A stretch of 58,490 bases of DNA from NCBI GenBank assembly GCA_964589485.1, contig CAZPRK010000003.1:62001-120490 (forward strand). The letters are read 5' to 3'. This document shows, one piece after another, positions 1-10,871 of the stretch; within the stretch, counting starts at the first letter, position 1, and each line of letters opens with the position of its first letter. The position numbers and the translations under genes are program-made. The DNA comes from an uncultured Methanosarcinales archaeon. GTDB taxonomy: Archaea; Nanobdellota; Nanobdellia; Woesearchaeales; CAYSVS01. The notes under the pieces were generated by a model. The model had not been told where the DNA came from and ran no database searches. It worked only from the letters and a program-made list of their open reading frames with translations.

Positions 1-3000
1 TTTACTTTCTACTCCTTGTAAATAATGAAGAGCTTTAATTAAATAACCATTTACTGAATAATCTAAATATGTATCAAAAGTTAAATTCAATTCATCAGGA
101 ACGGTGTAATCAGTAACACCAAAAATAAAATTAATATTAGATGTTATTGGTGTATCCCTATAAGCAAAATTTGAAACACTAAAAGATTTTCGCGGAGATA
201 AAATTTCTCCTGAAAATGTCCCATCAATTAAGTCCCTATTAACAAATAACTTCTGCGGAACTCCTTTACTATCTTTAATGTTAATATCAAAGTCTTTTGG
301 TGTTGAATATATAGCTTTAGTTGAATCATAATTATTATCTGCATGCGTTTCACCTTCAGTTTCTAAAACAACAGACATATTGTAAAAACCACCTTTTCCT
401 GGATTCCAAGGTATTCTTACATTTTCAGGTGAATAATAACCATAATTATAATAATCAGAGTTACCTAAAATATGACTTGTTTCATTTACCAACATATCGT
501 CTTGAAATAATTTAATTTTTACTTCATTTGCCAATTTTTTTCCAATATTGAAAATATAAATATAACATATAGCGTTTTTACAATTTATTTCAGAAAAAAC
601 ATCTACTCCTTTACTTTGAACTATAAACCCATCAAATTTAGAATTACGATAATCTAAAACATCAGTGTCGGAACTTAAATTTAAAATAATTTGATATTCA
701 CTAATTTTCTCAGGAACATATGTAATTTCTTTACTAATACTCTTACCTGGTTTAATAGTTTCAAATTTAATAGTTTCAACATATTCTTCTTCTGTAGATA
801 TATGATTAGAAATGGTTCTAACTGTTGCTTTTACACTCACATCATCGGAATCTTGTGACCCGTAATTATAAACTTCAATAGGAATTTTAATTTCTTCCCC
901 TAATTCCACATTATCTATCCTAAACCATTCTACTTCTGGGTTAGGTCCATCTTTAATAACGTTAAAAGTGTCATAACTAAATGAATTTAATTTAACCCCA
1001 TCTACATCGTATGTTAATCTACCAAAAAACATTTTTTCTCCAGCAGATAAGTTAACATCTAATACATCAGGGATGTCTTTATTAACATCTTGGATATCTT
1101 GAACTTTTTCTACGTTCTTTACAACATTAACAAATGTATCAAAATTTAAAATACACAGTTCATCACACCTAGTATTAGGATGAATATAGAAAAAATGGTA
1201 TAATCCATCTTTAACATAAGGTTCATTTATGTTCTGAACCATTTTCTTTCCATCTATGGAAAAAGTTATTTCAAAAGTATCAATATTATAATCTATAAAT
1301 TTAATATCATAACCTAATTCTTTTCCAACAGTTAAAAAGTCTCTACTTATTACTTCCTCTCCTATATAAAGTACAGAATTAATGTTATTTGCAGATCTTT
1401 CAAAATCAAAATTAACTCTTAGCTTTTGTTCATTTCCTTCCACTAAATACCTTTCTCTATAAGGCCTTACATAAACGTTCATATCAGGAGGAATATTTAA
1501 TTCTGAATTTATAATAAAATTATTATTAGATAAATCTAAATCATTAAGTGTAGTAGTAGTTAAATTATATTTTAAACTATAATCAGCCCTTTCTAGAGTA
1601 AATTCCCTTTTCTCTCCTGCTTTTAATAAAGGCATTGTTTCAATAAAATAACTATGTGAACCTTGGTATCTTTTATCTTCAACAATATTTTTCAAATCAA
1701 CTTTTACATTTTTAGCATCCAAAGTTCCAAGATTTTCTACTATAATTTTCATATTATATGGTACTCTATAAAATATATTTTCAGGAAAAATTAATTCAGC
1801 TTTAACATCGACACCTTGCGGTTTTACATTAACTAGTTTATTAATTCTGTTATCAAAAGGAATAACATCGTTTGATATATCTAAAAAGAAATCCAACTCT
1901 AAATCACCAACTTTATGAGGATTCCATTCAAATGTTCCTATAGCATTTTTACCAGGTTTAATTAAGCCTGAAAATTGTTCATACCCTCTTAAATTATCTG
2001 CTTTATCTGTTAATCTTACTTTTGGAGTAAAATCAGTTGTACCTAAGTTCTCTACTTTATAATTAAATTTAGTTAGCTTACCTAATCTAATATTATCAGG
2101 AATAGTTACTGTTAACTTACCATTTGGACCACTTAAAACTAATTCCTGAGTAACTTCCGCTTTATTATCTTCTTTATCATACGCTATTGCATGTAATTCT
2201 CCATACCCTTTAATATCAGAAAATGTTCCTTGCCATTTTCCGTTTTCTTCTTCCATAAGAAGATTATCTTTTACACCATCTTCATATTCAATATAAACTT
2301 CAGGAGAAACATATAAGTTAAGTAGGTTTCCAACTGGATTATAATTTTTATAAGTTTGGTAATATGTAGAAAAACCAGCTGCAGTATTAACTACATCTAT
2401 ATTAAAAGGATCATTAAAATCATTCAATTCTTTAGTCCAAATATTTTTATTCAAATCATAATATAAAGATTTCAAAGATGAACTTAATCCAGTTTCAACA
2501 GTATAAACAATTAAAATATCATTATTTTCATGAACTGCAAATTTAGATTCTTTTAAATCAAATACTTGTTCTTGCTTTAATTCAACTAATTGATCTCCTT
2601 GTAATTTACCAACTGCCAAATAATCAACTACTTTGGTAGATTGTACTTGTTTAAAATAAAGTAAATAAACTTCATTATTTTTATGTACTATTTGTAATGG
2701 TTTAATGTTATATTTTAAATCTAATTTTATAATATTATTATTTTCAACAGTAGAATACATTGAATTACTTGAAATTGAATTTTGAGTTAAAATATGTAAC
2801 TTATCTTTATCATCAATTTGTAAATCAATTATTGAAGAGTTTATTGCGATTACTTCTTTCCTTCTTATATCCCTTCCATTAATATCTGTTACTTGATAAA
2901 ATACATCATTTAGAACAACTTTCTTCTCTCCAACCATTTCTACATATCTAGGCTGTTCCCACATCATATGTATTTGATCTTTACTATCAATTACTGCATT

Positions 3001-6000
3001 TAAATTTAATACTCTATCTACATATTTAGTTTTAGAAGTTGAACAAAATTCAGAAACATACTCCTCTTTATTCGAACATTTTGAATCTCTACTCTCGCAT
3101 TTATCAAAATATTCTACAGTCCTAAAAAAATTTCCATTCGCAATAACAATACGGTTATACCCACAATAATCATCTGTAGATTCATAATTATAAACCATTA
3201 ATTTTTGTCCATTTTTAGTTATAATAAGGTTAGGATTTGTATTAATAAAAGTTACATTACCATGGTAATTGCCATACCTTTCTTCTAAATATTTTGAATC
3301 AGCAAATATAGTTTTCTCTTTAGTATTATCTAATTTAGTTGTTGTAATATAATGAGGATAAGCTAAACCCAATGCATTTACTGAATAAACATTGTTAACA
3401 GAATATAATTCTTTTTTATTAGATAACTTTGAAGTTAACAATTCATTAGGTTCATACACTACATTTTCAGATTTACCAAAATGAGTAGTTAAAACTCTAT
3501 TAGATGTTAAAGTAACCTCTAATTTTTTATCATATGAGTGTTCTAAATTTATTATTAAAGGGTCGTATGTATATTCAACTTGTGCCTTTTTTGTAAATAA
3601 TAAACTACCATGTCTTTGTTTATCTGTTACAAATACTTGTGCTTCTATATCATAAATCCCGCTTTCTTTTGGTTTATACTCTAAATCTACATTTACCCCG
3701 TTGACATTTACTCTATCAATTTCTTTTCCATCTTTACTAATTACATAATTTGCCCTTGTAAAATGTATAGGTAAGTTGGGTTTAACAGAAATTTTAATTT
3801 TATTAGTTTGTTTTTGTTCATATAATAAATCAATTTCTTGCACATTAAACCAAACAGGAATTTTAATATCGCCAAAAGTTAAATATTCTTGACCTGATTT
3901 TAAAGTAACACTATCTGAATTATAATTCAATGAAATCCATACATCTTCTTCTGCACCAGGTTCTATAGAAAATTCATTGCTTGAAATAGTATAATAATCT
4001 TTTTCAATTCTTTGACGAGGGAAATCTAATTTAGTATCTCCGTAATTGTAAAATTTAACAAGTTCATCTTTATAGATTCTTTTCTCAGTTCTAATATAAT
4101 CTTCAAACCAATATAATTCAAAATAATTATTTCTAGAACTTAACTTAGTGTCAAAATGTACTTCACCATAAATATCTCCATCTCTTTGATAATTTAAATC
4201 TAATTTTTTATTATCTGAATTCCAAATTATTGGTTTAGTTATATTAATAATTTCATTAGATATTAAACTTACATTAAATACACTGTAAGGCTCTCCAAAT
4301 AATTCTTGACTAACACTAAATTTAACTGAATCATTAATTTCAATCAATATAAGAAAATTATTTTTATCAATAAGATAGTCTGATCCACCAGAAATAGAAA
4401 TATTTACTTGATCGCCAATTTTAGAAGCATTAGTAATAATAAACTCATATCCATTTAAAGTTATTTTTGATTCTCCATTTGAAAAATCTAAATATAATTC
4501 TTCATGTGAACTATAATTAAATATAATTAATTTTTTGTTTTCGTTATCATATCCTGAATAAGACATAAAATAAGTTTTATCTCCTTGCTTAGGTTTTCCA
4601 TCTCTTGGAGTTAAAAAGAATATTTGTTTCTGAGCTATTTTATTTTTGTTAAGCACAAGAGGAATTTTATTTTTGTTAATCGAAAGCGGAATTTTTTCCT
4701 CATGCGACAAAGAATATATTTCTTTTCCATCTGACTTTAAATAAGGGAAACGTGAACCAATAGGTGATTGAAGGTCTATATCAACTTCATTAGAACTATC
4801 TCTCCAAAGTTGAAAACTATTAACTCGACTTCCAAAAGAACTATTACTCAATAACCCAAAACTTATACTTTGTTTATCAGTAAATAAAGTAGGATTATAT
4901 TCTAATACTGAAGAATCAACAGCTCCTGCACCTTGTTTATTAAAAGAAAACCCTAAATCTTTAGCTGTACTCATTAAACTTGATTTAATTTGATCAGGAG
5001 TTAATTTAGAGTTTTGTTCTAACAGTAACGCAACTAATCCCGAAACATGAGGAGTTGCCATACTTGTTCCACTAATTTTTTTATACGGCTCTGAATCACA
5101 TTTACTTACATAAGTTGAATATATCTCTTCACCTGGAGCAACAACATCTGGTTTAATAAAAGATTTATCTTGTAACATTACTGGACCTTGTGAACTAAAT
5201 GAAGAAATAACTGAATTTTTATATGAACCTACAGTAATAGCTTTTTCTGAAGTTCCTGGACTTGCAATAGAATAACTTCCATATGTTCCAGAATTACCAC
5301 CTGCAACTACTGCAACTACTCCATTTCGTACAGCATTATTTAATGCTTGAGATTCTAAATCATTTTGACCGCAAAGTGAACTATATACTCCTACTTCACC
5401 TAAACAAAAAGCTCCTAAACTTAAACTAATAATATCAACTTTATCACTATAATCTCCATCTCCATTTGGATCTAATGAAGCTTCAATTGCTTTTAGAATA
5501 GCGCTACTTGGCATTTCACCGTTAGCTAAACTTACCTTATATGCGATTATATCTACAAATGGTGCAACACCTTTAACTTCTCCATTTGCACCTAATATCC
5601 CTGCAACATGAGTTCCATGTCCATCATCATCCATTGGATCTGTATCATCATTTGCAAAATCATATCCTTTTATTTCCCTACATGAAGGACTTGATGTAAC
5701 ATGTATTGTTTCTTCTATTTTTTCTATTTGAAAATTTTTACCATCTATATCTAAACTACATTTATTGTTACTTAATTCGCAAGAAATATCATTGTTAAAA
5801 ACAACTTTACTTGATATTTCAGTAACTAATATTTCAATAGGTTTATAATCAACATAAACATTAAATTTATCATCTAATTTTACAGTAAATTCATTTTTTT
5901 GACAACCTAGTAAATCAGGATTAGTATAATCAACACCTGTGTCTATCACAGCAACTTTTACACCTTGCCCAGTTAATACATTATCAAATTGTCCTTTAAA

Positions 6001-7248
6001 CTCGGCATTCATACTAATTCCACTTGGTGTGAATATTTTTTCTTTATGAACAGCCTTTACTCCAGGTAAGGTTGAAATAGTATCAATTTCATTTTGAGTT
6101 ATGTCCATTAACACACCATTAAATATATCTTTAAAATTTTCTTGACTTTTTTTACCTATTTTTGAAGTAATAAGTTCAATAGTATCTTTTTGTTTATTTT
6201 CTAATTTTTTTGAATGAGTTTTTACTTTAGAAGGTAACCTATTTTCTAAAAAGGCTACATTTTTCTCTCTAAAGAAAAGATTAGTTTTCTTAACTAATTT
6301 TAATGGTCCAGTTAAAATTGCCTTTAATCCTTTTACTTCAATAGAATCTATGTTATTTGAATATGCTAAATTTTTACTTTTTTTATTTTCAATTTCTTCT
6401 ACTATTTCTCCTCTAAATCCTAATACTGAAGAATCTTCAAATTCAACTAAATAATTTTCAGATAAACTTTGTATCTTTGTAACTGCTTCTTTACATAACC
6501 CGTCAGTTTGACAAGTGTATGAATTTTCTTTATCACAAGAATTCCCAGGACATCCACACATTCCACATTTTTGAATTAACTTACCATCATCACAATATAA
6601 AGGTCTATCTTTAGAACATTCATAATTAAGAGTTCCATCTTGGCAAGTTAATTTTTTAATATCGGACGTAAACTTATCTGAAATTATTTCTGATTCAATT
6701 ATTACTTCTTCAGTTTCTATATTTAATTGTGAGGCTGTAACTTCTTTTTCATCAATTACTAAGTTAAGTGTATATTGTTTTACGTCATCGTTTTCATTTT
6801 TTGCCTTAAAAAATAAACCAAAATTTTTATCAGGATTGTTTTTAATAAAATTAATGTAAGAAGTTAAGTCAAGTTCATATTCTCCGTCATTAGTTATTTC
6901 TAATGAACCAACTTTACTTCCTAGTTTTGGTTGATTTAACCACCCTGGATTTTCTACTTTTTCAATAATATTGTAAACATCTAATGTTTGTTCATTATCT
7001 TTATATGGTTGAATAAAAGTTTTTGTTGATTCAACATTTATTTTTAATGTAGCTTTTTCTGATAATTGAACTTCATTAAATACAATAATACTTCTAAAAG
7101 TAATATTTTCATATGAACCAGAATAATAATCTAAAGGAGAAGTGGAAGTGTCTAAATTAGAAGATGAAAGTAAGTAATATTCACTTGGAACAATTGCATT
7201 TGCAAAACTCATACTTAATAAAAAAATAATTAAGAAAGTTTTTCTCAA
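1..7248 (-). CDS. Giant secreted S8 (subtilisin/Vpr-like) serine protease with an N-terminal DNRLRE/CBM-like domain, Cys-rich module, I9-like propeptide and a long beta-rich (CARDB/Ig-like) C-terminal region; runs off the left edge (>2416 aa)
   Basis: Not in the ORF track (no stop inside the window). TTG start at 7248 overlaps the upstream TGA, with SD AGGTGA at 7255-7260. Signal peptide MRKTFLIIFLLSMSFANA. In-frame catalytic triad: VAVIDTGVD (D 5941-5943), DGHGTHVAG (H 5617-5619), SGTSMATPHVSG (S 5062-5064). Frame still open at 1-60. Confidence 0.92.
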   Translation of the reverse strand, partial: MRKTFLIIFLLSMSFANAIVPSEYYLLSSSNLDTSTSPLDYYSGSYENITFRSIIVFNEVQLSEKATLKINVESTKTFIQPYKDNEQTLDVYNIIEKVENPGWLNQPKLGSKVGSLEITNDGEYELDLTSYINFIKNNPDKNFGLFFKAKNENDDVKQYTLNLVIDEKEVTASQLNIETEEVIIESEIISDKFTSDIKKLTCQDGTLNYECSKDRPLYCDDGKLIQKCGMCGCPGNSCDKENSYTCQTDGLCKEAVTKIQSLSENYLVEFEDSSVLGFRGEIVEEIENKKSKNLAYSNNIDSIEVKGLKAILTGPLKLVKKTNLFFREKNVAFLENRLPSKVKTHSKKLENKQKDTIELITSKIGKKSQENFKDIFNGVLMDITQNEIDTISTLPGVKAVHKEKIFTPSGISMNAEFKGQFDNVLTGQGVKVAVIDTGVDYTNPDLLGCQKNEFTVKLDDKFNVYVDYKPIEILVTEISSKVVFNNDISCELSNNKCSLDIDGKNFQIEKIEETIHVTSSPSCREIKGYDFANDDTDPMDDDGHGTHVAGILGANGEVKGVAPFVDIIAYKVSLANGEMPSSAILKAIEASLDPNGDGDYSDKVDIISLSLGAFCLGEVGVYSSLCGQNDLESQALNNAVRNGVVAVVAGGNSGTYGSYSIASPGTSEKAITVGSYKNSVISSFSSQGPVMLQDKSFIKPDVVAPGEEIYSTYVSKCDSEPYKKISGTSMATPHVSGLVALLLEQNSKLTPDQIKSSLMSTAKDLGFSFNKQGAGAVDSSVLEYNPTLFTDKQSISFGLLSNSSFGSRVNSFQLWRDSSNEVDIDLQSPIGSRFPYLKSDGKEIYSLSHEEKIPLSINKNKIPLVLNKNKIAQKQIFFLTPRDGKPKQGDKTYFMSYSGYDNENKKLIIFNYSSHEELYLDFSNGESKITLNGYEFIITNASKIGDQVNISISGGSDYLIDKNNFLILIEINDSVKFSVSQELFGEPYSVFNVSLISNEIINITKPIIWNSDNKKLDLNYQRDGDIYGEVHFDTKLSSRNNYFELYWFEDYIRTEKRIYKDELVKFYNYGDTKLDFPRQRIEKDYYTISSNEFSIEPGAEEDVWISLNYNSDSVTLKSGQEYLTFGDIKIPVWFNVQEIDLLYEQKQTNKIKISVKPNLPIHFTRANYVISKDGKEIDRVNVNGVNVDLEYKPKESGIYDIEAQVFVTDKQRHGSLLFTKKAQVEYTYDPLIINLEHSYDKKLEVTLTSNRVLTTHFGKSENVVYEPNELLTSKLSNKKELYSVNNVYSVNALGLAYPHYITTTKLDNTKEKTIFADSKYLEERYGNYHGNVTFINTNPNLIITKNGQKLMVYNYESTDDYCGYNRIVIANGNFFRTVEYFDKCESRDSKCSNKEEYVSEFCSTSKTKYVDRVLNLNAVIDSKDQIHMMWEQPRYVEMVGEKKVVLNDVFYQVTDINGRDIRRKEVIAINSSIIDLQIDDKDKLHILTQNSISSNSMYSTVENNNIIKLDLKYNIKPLQIVHKNNEVYLLYFKQVQSTKVVDYLAVGKLQGDQLVELKQEQVFDLKESKFAVHENNDILIVYTVETGLSSSLKSLYYDLNKNIWTKELNDFNDPFNIDVVNTAAGFSTYYQTYKNYNPVGNLLNLYVSPEVYIEYEDGVKDNLLMEEENGKWQGTFSDIKGYGELHAIAYDKEDNKAEVTQELVLSGPNGKLTVTIPDNIRLGKLTKFNYKVENLGTTDFTPKVRLTDKADNLRGYEQFSGLIKPGKNAIGTFEWNPHKVGDLELDFFLDISNDVIPFDNRINKLVNVKPQGVDVKAELIFPENIFYRVPYNMKIIVENLGTLDAKNVKVDLKNIVEDKRYQGSHSYFIETMPLLKAGEKREFTLERADYSLKYNLTTTTLNDLDLSNNNFIINSELNIPPDMNVYVRPYRERYLVEGNEQKLRVNFDFERSANNINSVLYIGEEVISRDFLTVGKELGYDIKFIDYNIDTFEITFSIDGKKMVQNINEPYVKDGLYHFFYIHPNTRCDELCILNFDTFVNVVKNVEKVQDIQDVNKDIPDVLDVNLSAGEKMFFGRLTYDVDGVKLNSFSYDTFNVIKDGPNPEVEWFRIDNVELGEEIKIPIEVYNYGSQDSDDVSVKATVRTISNHISTEEEYVETIKFETIKPGKSISKEITYVPEKISEYQIILNLSSDTDVLDYRNSKFDGFIVQSKGVDVFSEINCKNAICYIYIFNIGKKLANEVKIKLFQDDMLVNETSHILGNSDYYNYGYYSPENVRIPWNPGKGGFYNMSVVLETEGETHADNNYDSTKAIYSTPKDFDINIKDSKGVPQKLFVNRDLIDGTFSGEILSPRKSFSVSNFAYRDTPITSNINFIFGVTDYTVPDELNLTFDTYLDYSVNGYLIKALHYLQGVESK

Positions 7249-7757
7249 GATTGTTCACCTATTAATACACTGTCTCCTTCACCTAATAATTTAAGTGAAA
7301 CAATAGAATCTTTTGCTTCAAAACACTTAGCTTCACATCCGCCTAATTTAATATTAGGAACAGATAATGTTTTAGGGGGAACTTTATCTCCAAATACGAA
7401 TACAGTTTGGCCTGTTTCTCCGTTTTTAGAATCTTGTATAATTAAATGTCTCTGATTTTGTAAATTTCCGTCTAACTTTATACATCCTTGTTTGCTAGGA
7501 TTACTATCCGGATAATCCAAAAAACACATTTCATCATATTGATACGGTAATTTAAACTCTTTAAACTTTTTTGAACCTAGTTCAGAAGATAATTTTTTTA
7601 TTGTTCCTGAAACATCTGCTTTAAATTGAGCAAATTCTGCAGTTTCTTGTTTTTCTTGTAAACTTTGAAAAGAATTATATCCGAATACTATTAATGAACC
7701 AATTATGACTAATCCTAAAATAATTGAAATTACATTACTTGGAATTTGCGCTTTCAT
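7245..7757 (-). CDS. Class III (type IV pilin-like) signal peptide protein
   Basis: N-terminus MKAQ followed by hydrophobic helix IPSNVISIILGLVIIGSLIVFG; small Cys-containing extracellular domain. Confidence 0.7.
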   Translation of the reverse strand: MKAQIPSNVISIILGLVIIGSLIVFGYNSFQSLQEKQETAEFAQFKADVSGTIKKLSSELGSKKFKEFKLPYQYDEMCFLDYPDSNPSKQGCIKLDGNLQNQRHLIIQDSKNGETGQTVFVFGDKVPPKTLSVPNIKLGGCEAKCFEAKDSIVSLKLLGEGDSVLIGEQS

Positions 7758-7809
7758 TAAGTACCCTCTTTTTAATATAGAAATAAATAATTATAATATA
7801 TAAACTTAT

Positions 7810-8301
7810 TTATTTAATAATCTCATTAACTTCGCTAAGAAGATAAAGTCCTAATTTTCTCATATGAGGAACTTTATGATTTTTAGGTTTGAATGGCATT
7901 AAACGTTTTAAAAATTTAGAATAAAGTGTTGGTTTACTTACATTAAAGTAAAAAAGTAATGGAGTTTGTCCAAAAACATAATCTGTTTCAAAATCAGGCT
8001 GAATTAAAGTAGAAGGCATTGAATCAAGTCTAATATATTCAGTCAATTTATCTTGCCCTTTCCTTATGTAAACTATATTTGCACTAGTTACTGAATTAAT
8101 AGGTGCAAAAATTTTTGGCATTAAAAAGTGTATCCCTTTAGATTTTTTTTCAGATAAATTACTTATGACTTGTTTTAAATCTGAAGGACTTTTAAAATTA
8201 TTTAAAAAAACATCAGATATTAACAACTCCAAGTTACTATCTTGACGGATAAAAGATATTTCTTTTCTTTCAGCTAGTAAAGGTACGTTGTACAATAACA
8301 T
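7810..8301 (-). CDS. Hypothetical protein
   Basis: 163-aa ORF filling the gap between two genes, with an AT-rich TATA-like element upstream; no recognised motif. Confidence 0.6.
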   Translation of the reverse strand: MLLYNVPLLAERKEISFIRQDSNLELLISDVFLNNFKSPSDLKQVISNLSEKKSKGIHFLMPKIFAPINSVTSANIVYIRKGQDKLTEYIRLDSMPSTLIQPDFETDYVFGQTPLLFYFNVSKPTLYSKFLKRLMPFKPKNHKVPHMRKLGLYLLSEVNEIIK

Positions 8302-8333
8302 AAGTAAATAAAAAACTAATTAAGTTTTAAAAC

Positions 8334-9854
8334 TTATGGATTAATAACTCGTCCAGCTTTTTCGAAAGTTAATTCATTCTTCAACATTTTCCGGATAACT
8401 CTAGGAATATCTTCAATGTCAACTCTTACTTGTTTAGTAGAATCTCTATCACGAATCGTTACATCTTTATTTTCTAAACTATCATAGTCAATAGTTATAC
8501 AATAAGGTGTTCCTATTTCATCATTTCGTGCGTACCTTCTTCCAACACTTCCTGATTTATCATAAATACAAACAAATTCATCAAATAAAGTATTGTATAT
8601 TTCTCTTGCAACTTCAGGAAGTCCATCTTTATTTACTAAAGGAAAAATTGCAACTTTATATGGAGCAATATTTGGATGTAACTTTAACCAAGCATTTCCT
8701 CTTTCTTTTCCTTCATGATATCCGTCATATAAAAAAGCTAAAAAAGCTCTATCTACACCTTGACTTGGTTCAGATGCAACATAAGGAATAACTTTTTGTT
8801 GAGTTTCTTCATCGAAAACACTTAAATCTTTTTTAGAATGTTCTGCATGTTTAGTAATATCATATTGTTTTCTGTCTGCATTCCCATGAATTTCTTTCCA
8901 TCCGAAAGGGAATTTATATTCAATATCAAAGCATGCCCCAGCATAATGTGCAAGTTCATCTTTCAAATGTTCTCTTAAACGTAAATTATCAGGGTTTATT
9001 CCTAAATTTAAAAACCATTGATACACTTGCACTAACCAATATGCATGCCATTGACTTAACATATTAAGTTCTAACATTCTATCTACAGTAAATTCTTTAT
9101 GATTTTCTTTTTTCTCTTGAGCTACTGCACTTAATAAATTAACAGTAAATTCTGAAATTTCTTTTACATAAGGACAATTATCTTTTTTATCAGGATGTGT
9201 GAAAAATTCAATTTCCATTTGTTCAAATTCTCTACTTCTAAACAAAAAATCTCTTGGAGAAATTTCATTCCTGAAAGCTTTTCCAATTTGAGCAATTCCA
9301 AATGGTAATTTCATCCTGGCATTATCCATTATTAATTTGGAGTTAGTAAAAATCATTTGAGCTGTTTCTGGCCGTAAGTAAGCAATTTCTCCACTAACTG
9401 GGCCAATGTTTGTACTTAGCATTAAGTTAAATTGTTTAGGTTCACTAAAAGATTTAGCATGACATTTATTACAACTTAATTCTTTTTCTTGGATTATTTT
9501 ATGCATTTCTTCTGAACTCATACCATCTACAGAAATATTCAAAGCATCTTCAATTATTTGATCTGCCCTATGTCTTGCCTTACACTCATTACATTCAACT
9601 AAAACGTCTTCAAAACATCCAACATGTCCTGAAGCTTCCCAAACTTTAGGATTAGATATAATTGCACCATCCATTCCAACAACATCTTCCCTTTTATGAA
9701 CAAAAATTTTCCAAAAACTTTGTTTAATATTATTTTTAATTTCAACACCTAAAGGCCCAAAATCAAAAAACCCATTAAATCCGCCATAAATTTCAGAACA
9801 AGGATAAATTATACCTTTTCGCTTACAAAAATTTGCCATTTCTTCTATATTCAT
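8334..9854 (-). CDS. glyS: Glycine--tRNA ligase (homodimeric class II, archaeal/eukaryal type)
   Basis: EIYGG..GFFDFGPLG, YLRPETAQ, GKAFRNEISPR, REFEQMEIEFF, EPSQGVDR, and anticodon-binding SVGRRYARNDEIGTPYC. Confidence 0.97.
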   Translation of the reverse strand: MNIEEMANFCKRKGIIYPCSEIYGGFNGFFDFGPLGVEIKNNIKQSFWKIFVHKREDVVGMDGAIISNPKVWEASGHVGCFEDVLVECNECKARHRADQIIEDALNISVDGMSSEEMHKIIQEKELSCNKCHAKSFSEPKQFNLMLSTNIGPVSGEIAYLRPETAQMIFTNSKLIMDNARMKLPFGIAQIGKAFRNEISPRDFLFRSREFEQMEIEFFTHPDKKDNCPYVKEISEFTVNLLSAVAQEKKENHKEFTVDRMLELNMLSQWHAYWLVQVYQWFLNLGINPDNLRLREHLKDELAHYAGACFDIEYKFPFGWKEIHGNADRKQYDITKHAEHSKKDLSVFDEETQQKVIPYVASEPSQGVDRAFLAFLYDGYHEGKERGNAWLKLHPNIAPYKVAIFPLVNKDGLPEVAREIYNTLFDEFVCIYDKSGSVGRRYARNDEIGTPYCITIDYDSLENKDVTIRDRDSTKQVRVDIEDIPRVIRKMLKNELTFEKAGRVINP

Positions 9855-9937
9855 TATTCATTTGAATATTAAGAGATAATATAAAAATATAGCGGTTATA
9901 GAAAGCTATAAATATATAGAAGTGCTTTATGTAGTTT

Positions 9938-10603
9938 ATGTTTAGATGGTTTTTTAGAATTTTAGAAACTTTGGGATTTAAAAAAAAAATCTCAATTGAA
10001 GATGCTTTAATTAATTTAAAAAATGAACTTGAAATAATAGAAACGAATTCCCCTACTGAAGCACAAGTAGAAGGTGAACAAACTAAAATAATAGAAATTA
10101 CTACATTTTATAATAATCTAAAAAATCAATTAGAAGACCTTACTCCAGATGATTTAAAAGAAAAGTGGAGGTCAATCGTTAAAGCAAAATTAAAATTACA
10201 GAAAAATTCTACAATCTTTGATAATGAATTACAAGCCTTAAGAAAAACAATTGTTGCAACTGAAGAATTATTTGAAACAATTTTTAATTTACATAGTAAC
10301 AAAGATAATTTAGTCAAAGTCTCAAAAGAATCTATAACAAAAGTTCATGAATTGGCCTTAGCATGTAAAAATGCAAAAGAATTAGCTGAAGCAACCTTAA
10401 GAAGAATTGATGATTTACATTTTGGATTACAAGAAATATTTGAAAATAAAGCAACAGATATAAGTAAAATTGAAAAGATACTAGAAACTATTATAAAAAG
10501 CTTAGAAAAAATTTCAGGCGGAGAGTTGCCAAAAGCAAGAGTATATTCTAGAGATATTCAAGAAGCAGTAGAAAACATTAGAAATGCTACAAAAACTTTA
10601 TAA
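9938..10603 (+). CDS. Hypothetical helical/coiled-coil protein
   Basis: 221-aa ORF rich in L/E/K heptads; amphipathic N-terminus MFRWFFRILETLGF; TATA at about 9907-9912. Confidence 0.7.
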   Translation: MFRWFFRILETLGFKKKISIEDALINLKNELEIIETNSPTEAQVEGEQTKIIEITTFYNNLKNQLEDLTPDDLKEKWRSIVKAKLKLQKNSTIFDNELQALRKTIVATEELFETIFNLHSNKDNLVKVSKESITKVHELALACKNAKELAEATLRRIDDLHFGLQEIFENKATDISKIEKILETIIKSLEKISGGELPKARVYSRDIQEAVENIRNATKTL

Positions 10604-10628
10604 ATATCTCCCTAATTTCAAAGTCTGT

Positions 10629-10774
10629 GAGCCCGTGGCTTAGTCCGGAACACCACTCCCATAGTATTGCACTATGGAATTGTTGGGCAATTAGAGCGCT
10701 CGACTGATAAATTGTTATTTTAAATAACAATTATAGATATCGAGTGGTCCCGTGTTCAAATCACGGCGGGCTCA
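10629..10774 (+). tRNA. tRNA-Ile(GAT) with two introns (D-loop 10649-10690; position 37/38 10710-10738)
   Basis: Acceptor GAGCCCG/CGGGCTC+A, D stem GCTT/GAGC, anticodon stem CTCGA/TCGAG with loop CT-GAT-A^A, T arm CCGTG-TTCAAAT-CACGG, poly-T downstream. Removing both inserts restores a canonical cloverleaf. Confidence 0.93.
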
Positions 10775-10871
10775 TTTTTTAAACTAAGATAGCTAAATTC
10801 TTTAAATACCTAGACATTACCTTATATAGAAGAAGAAAGTTATAAATCTATCTTACTAAATTCAAATAAAA

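Noticed and set aside
321..515. 64-aa plus-strand ORF from the track
   Set aside because: Antisense shadow inside the giant S8 protease gene.
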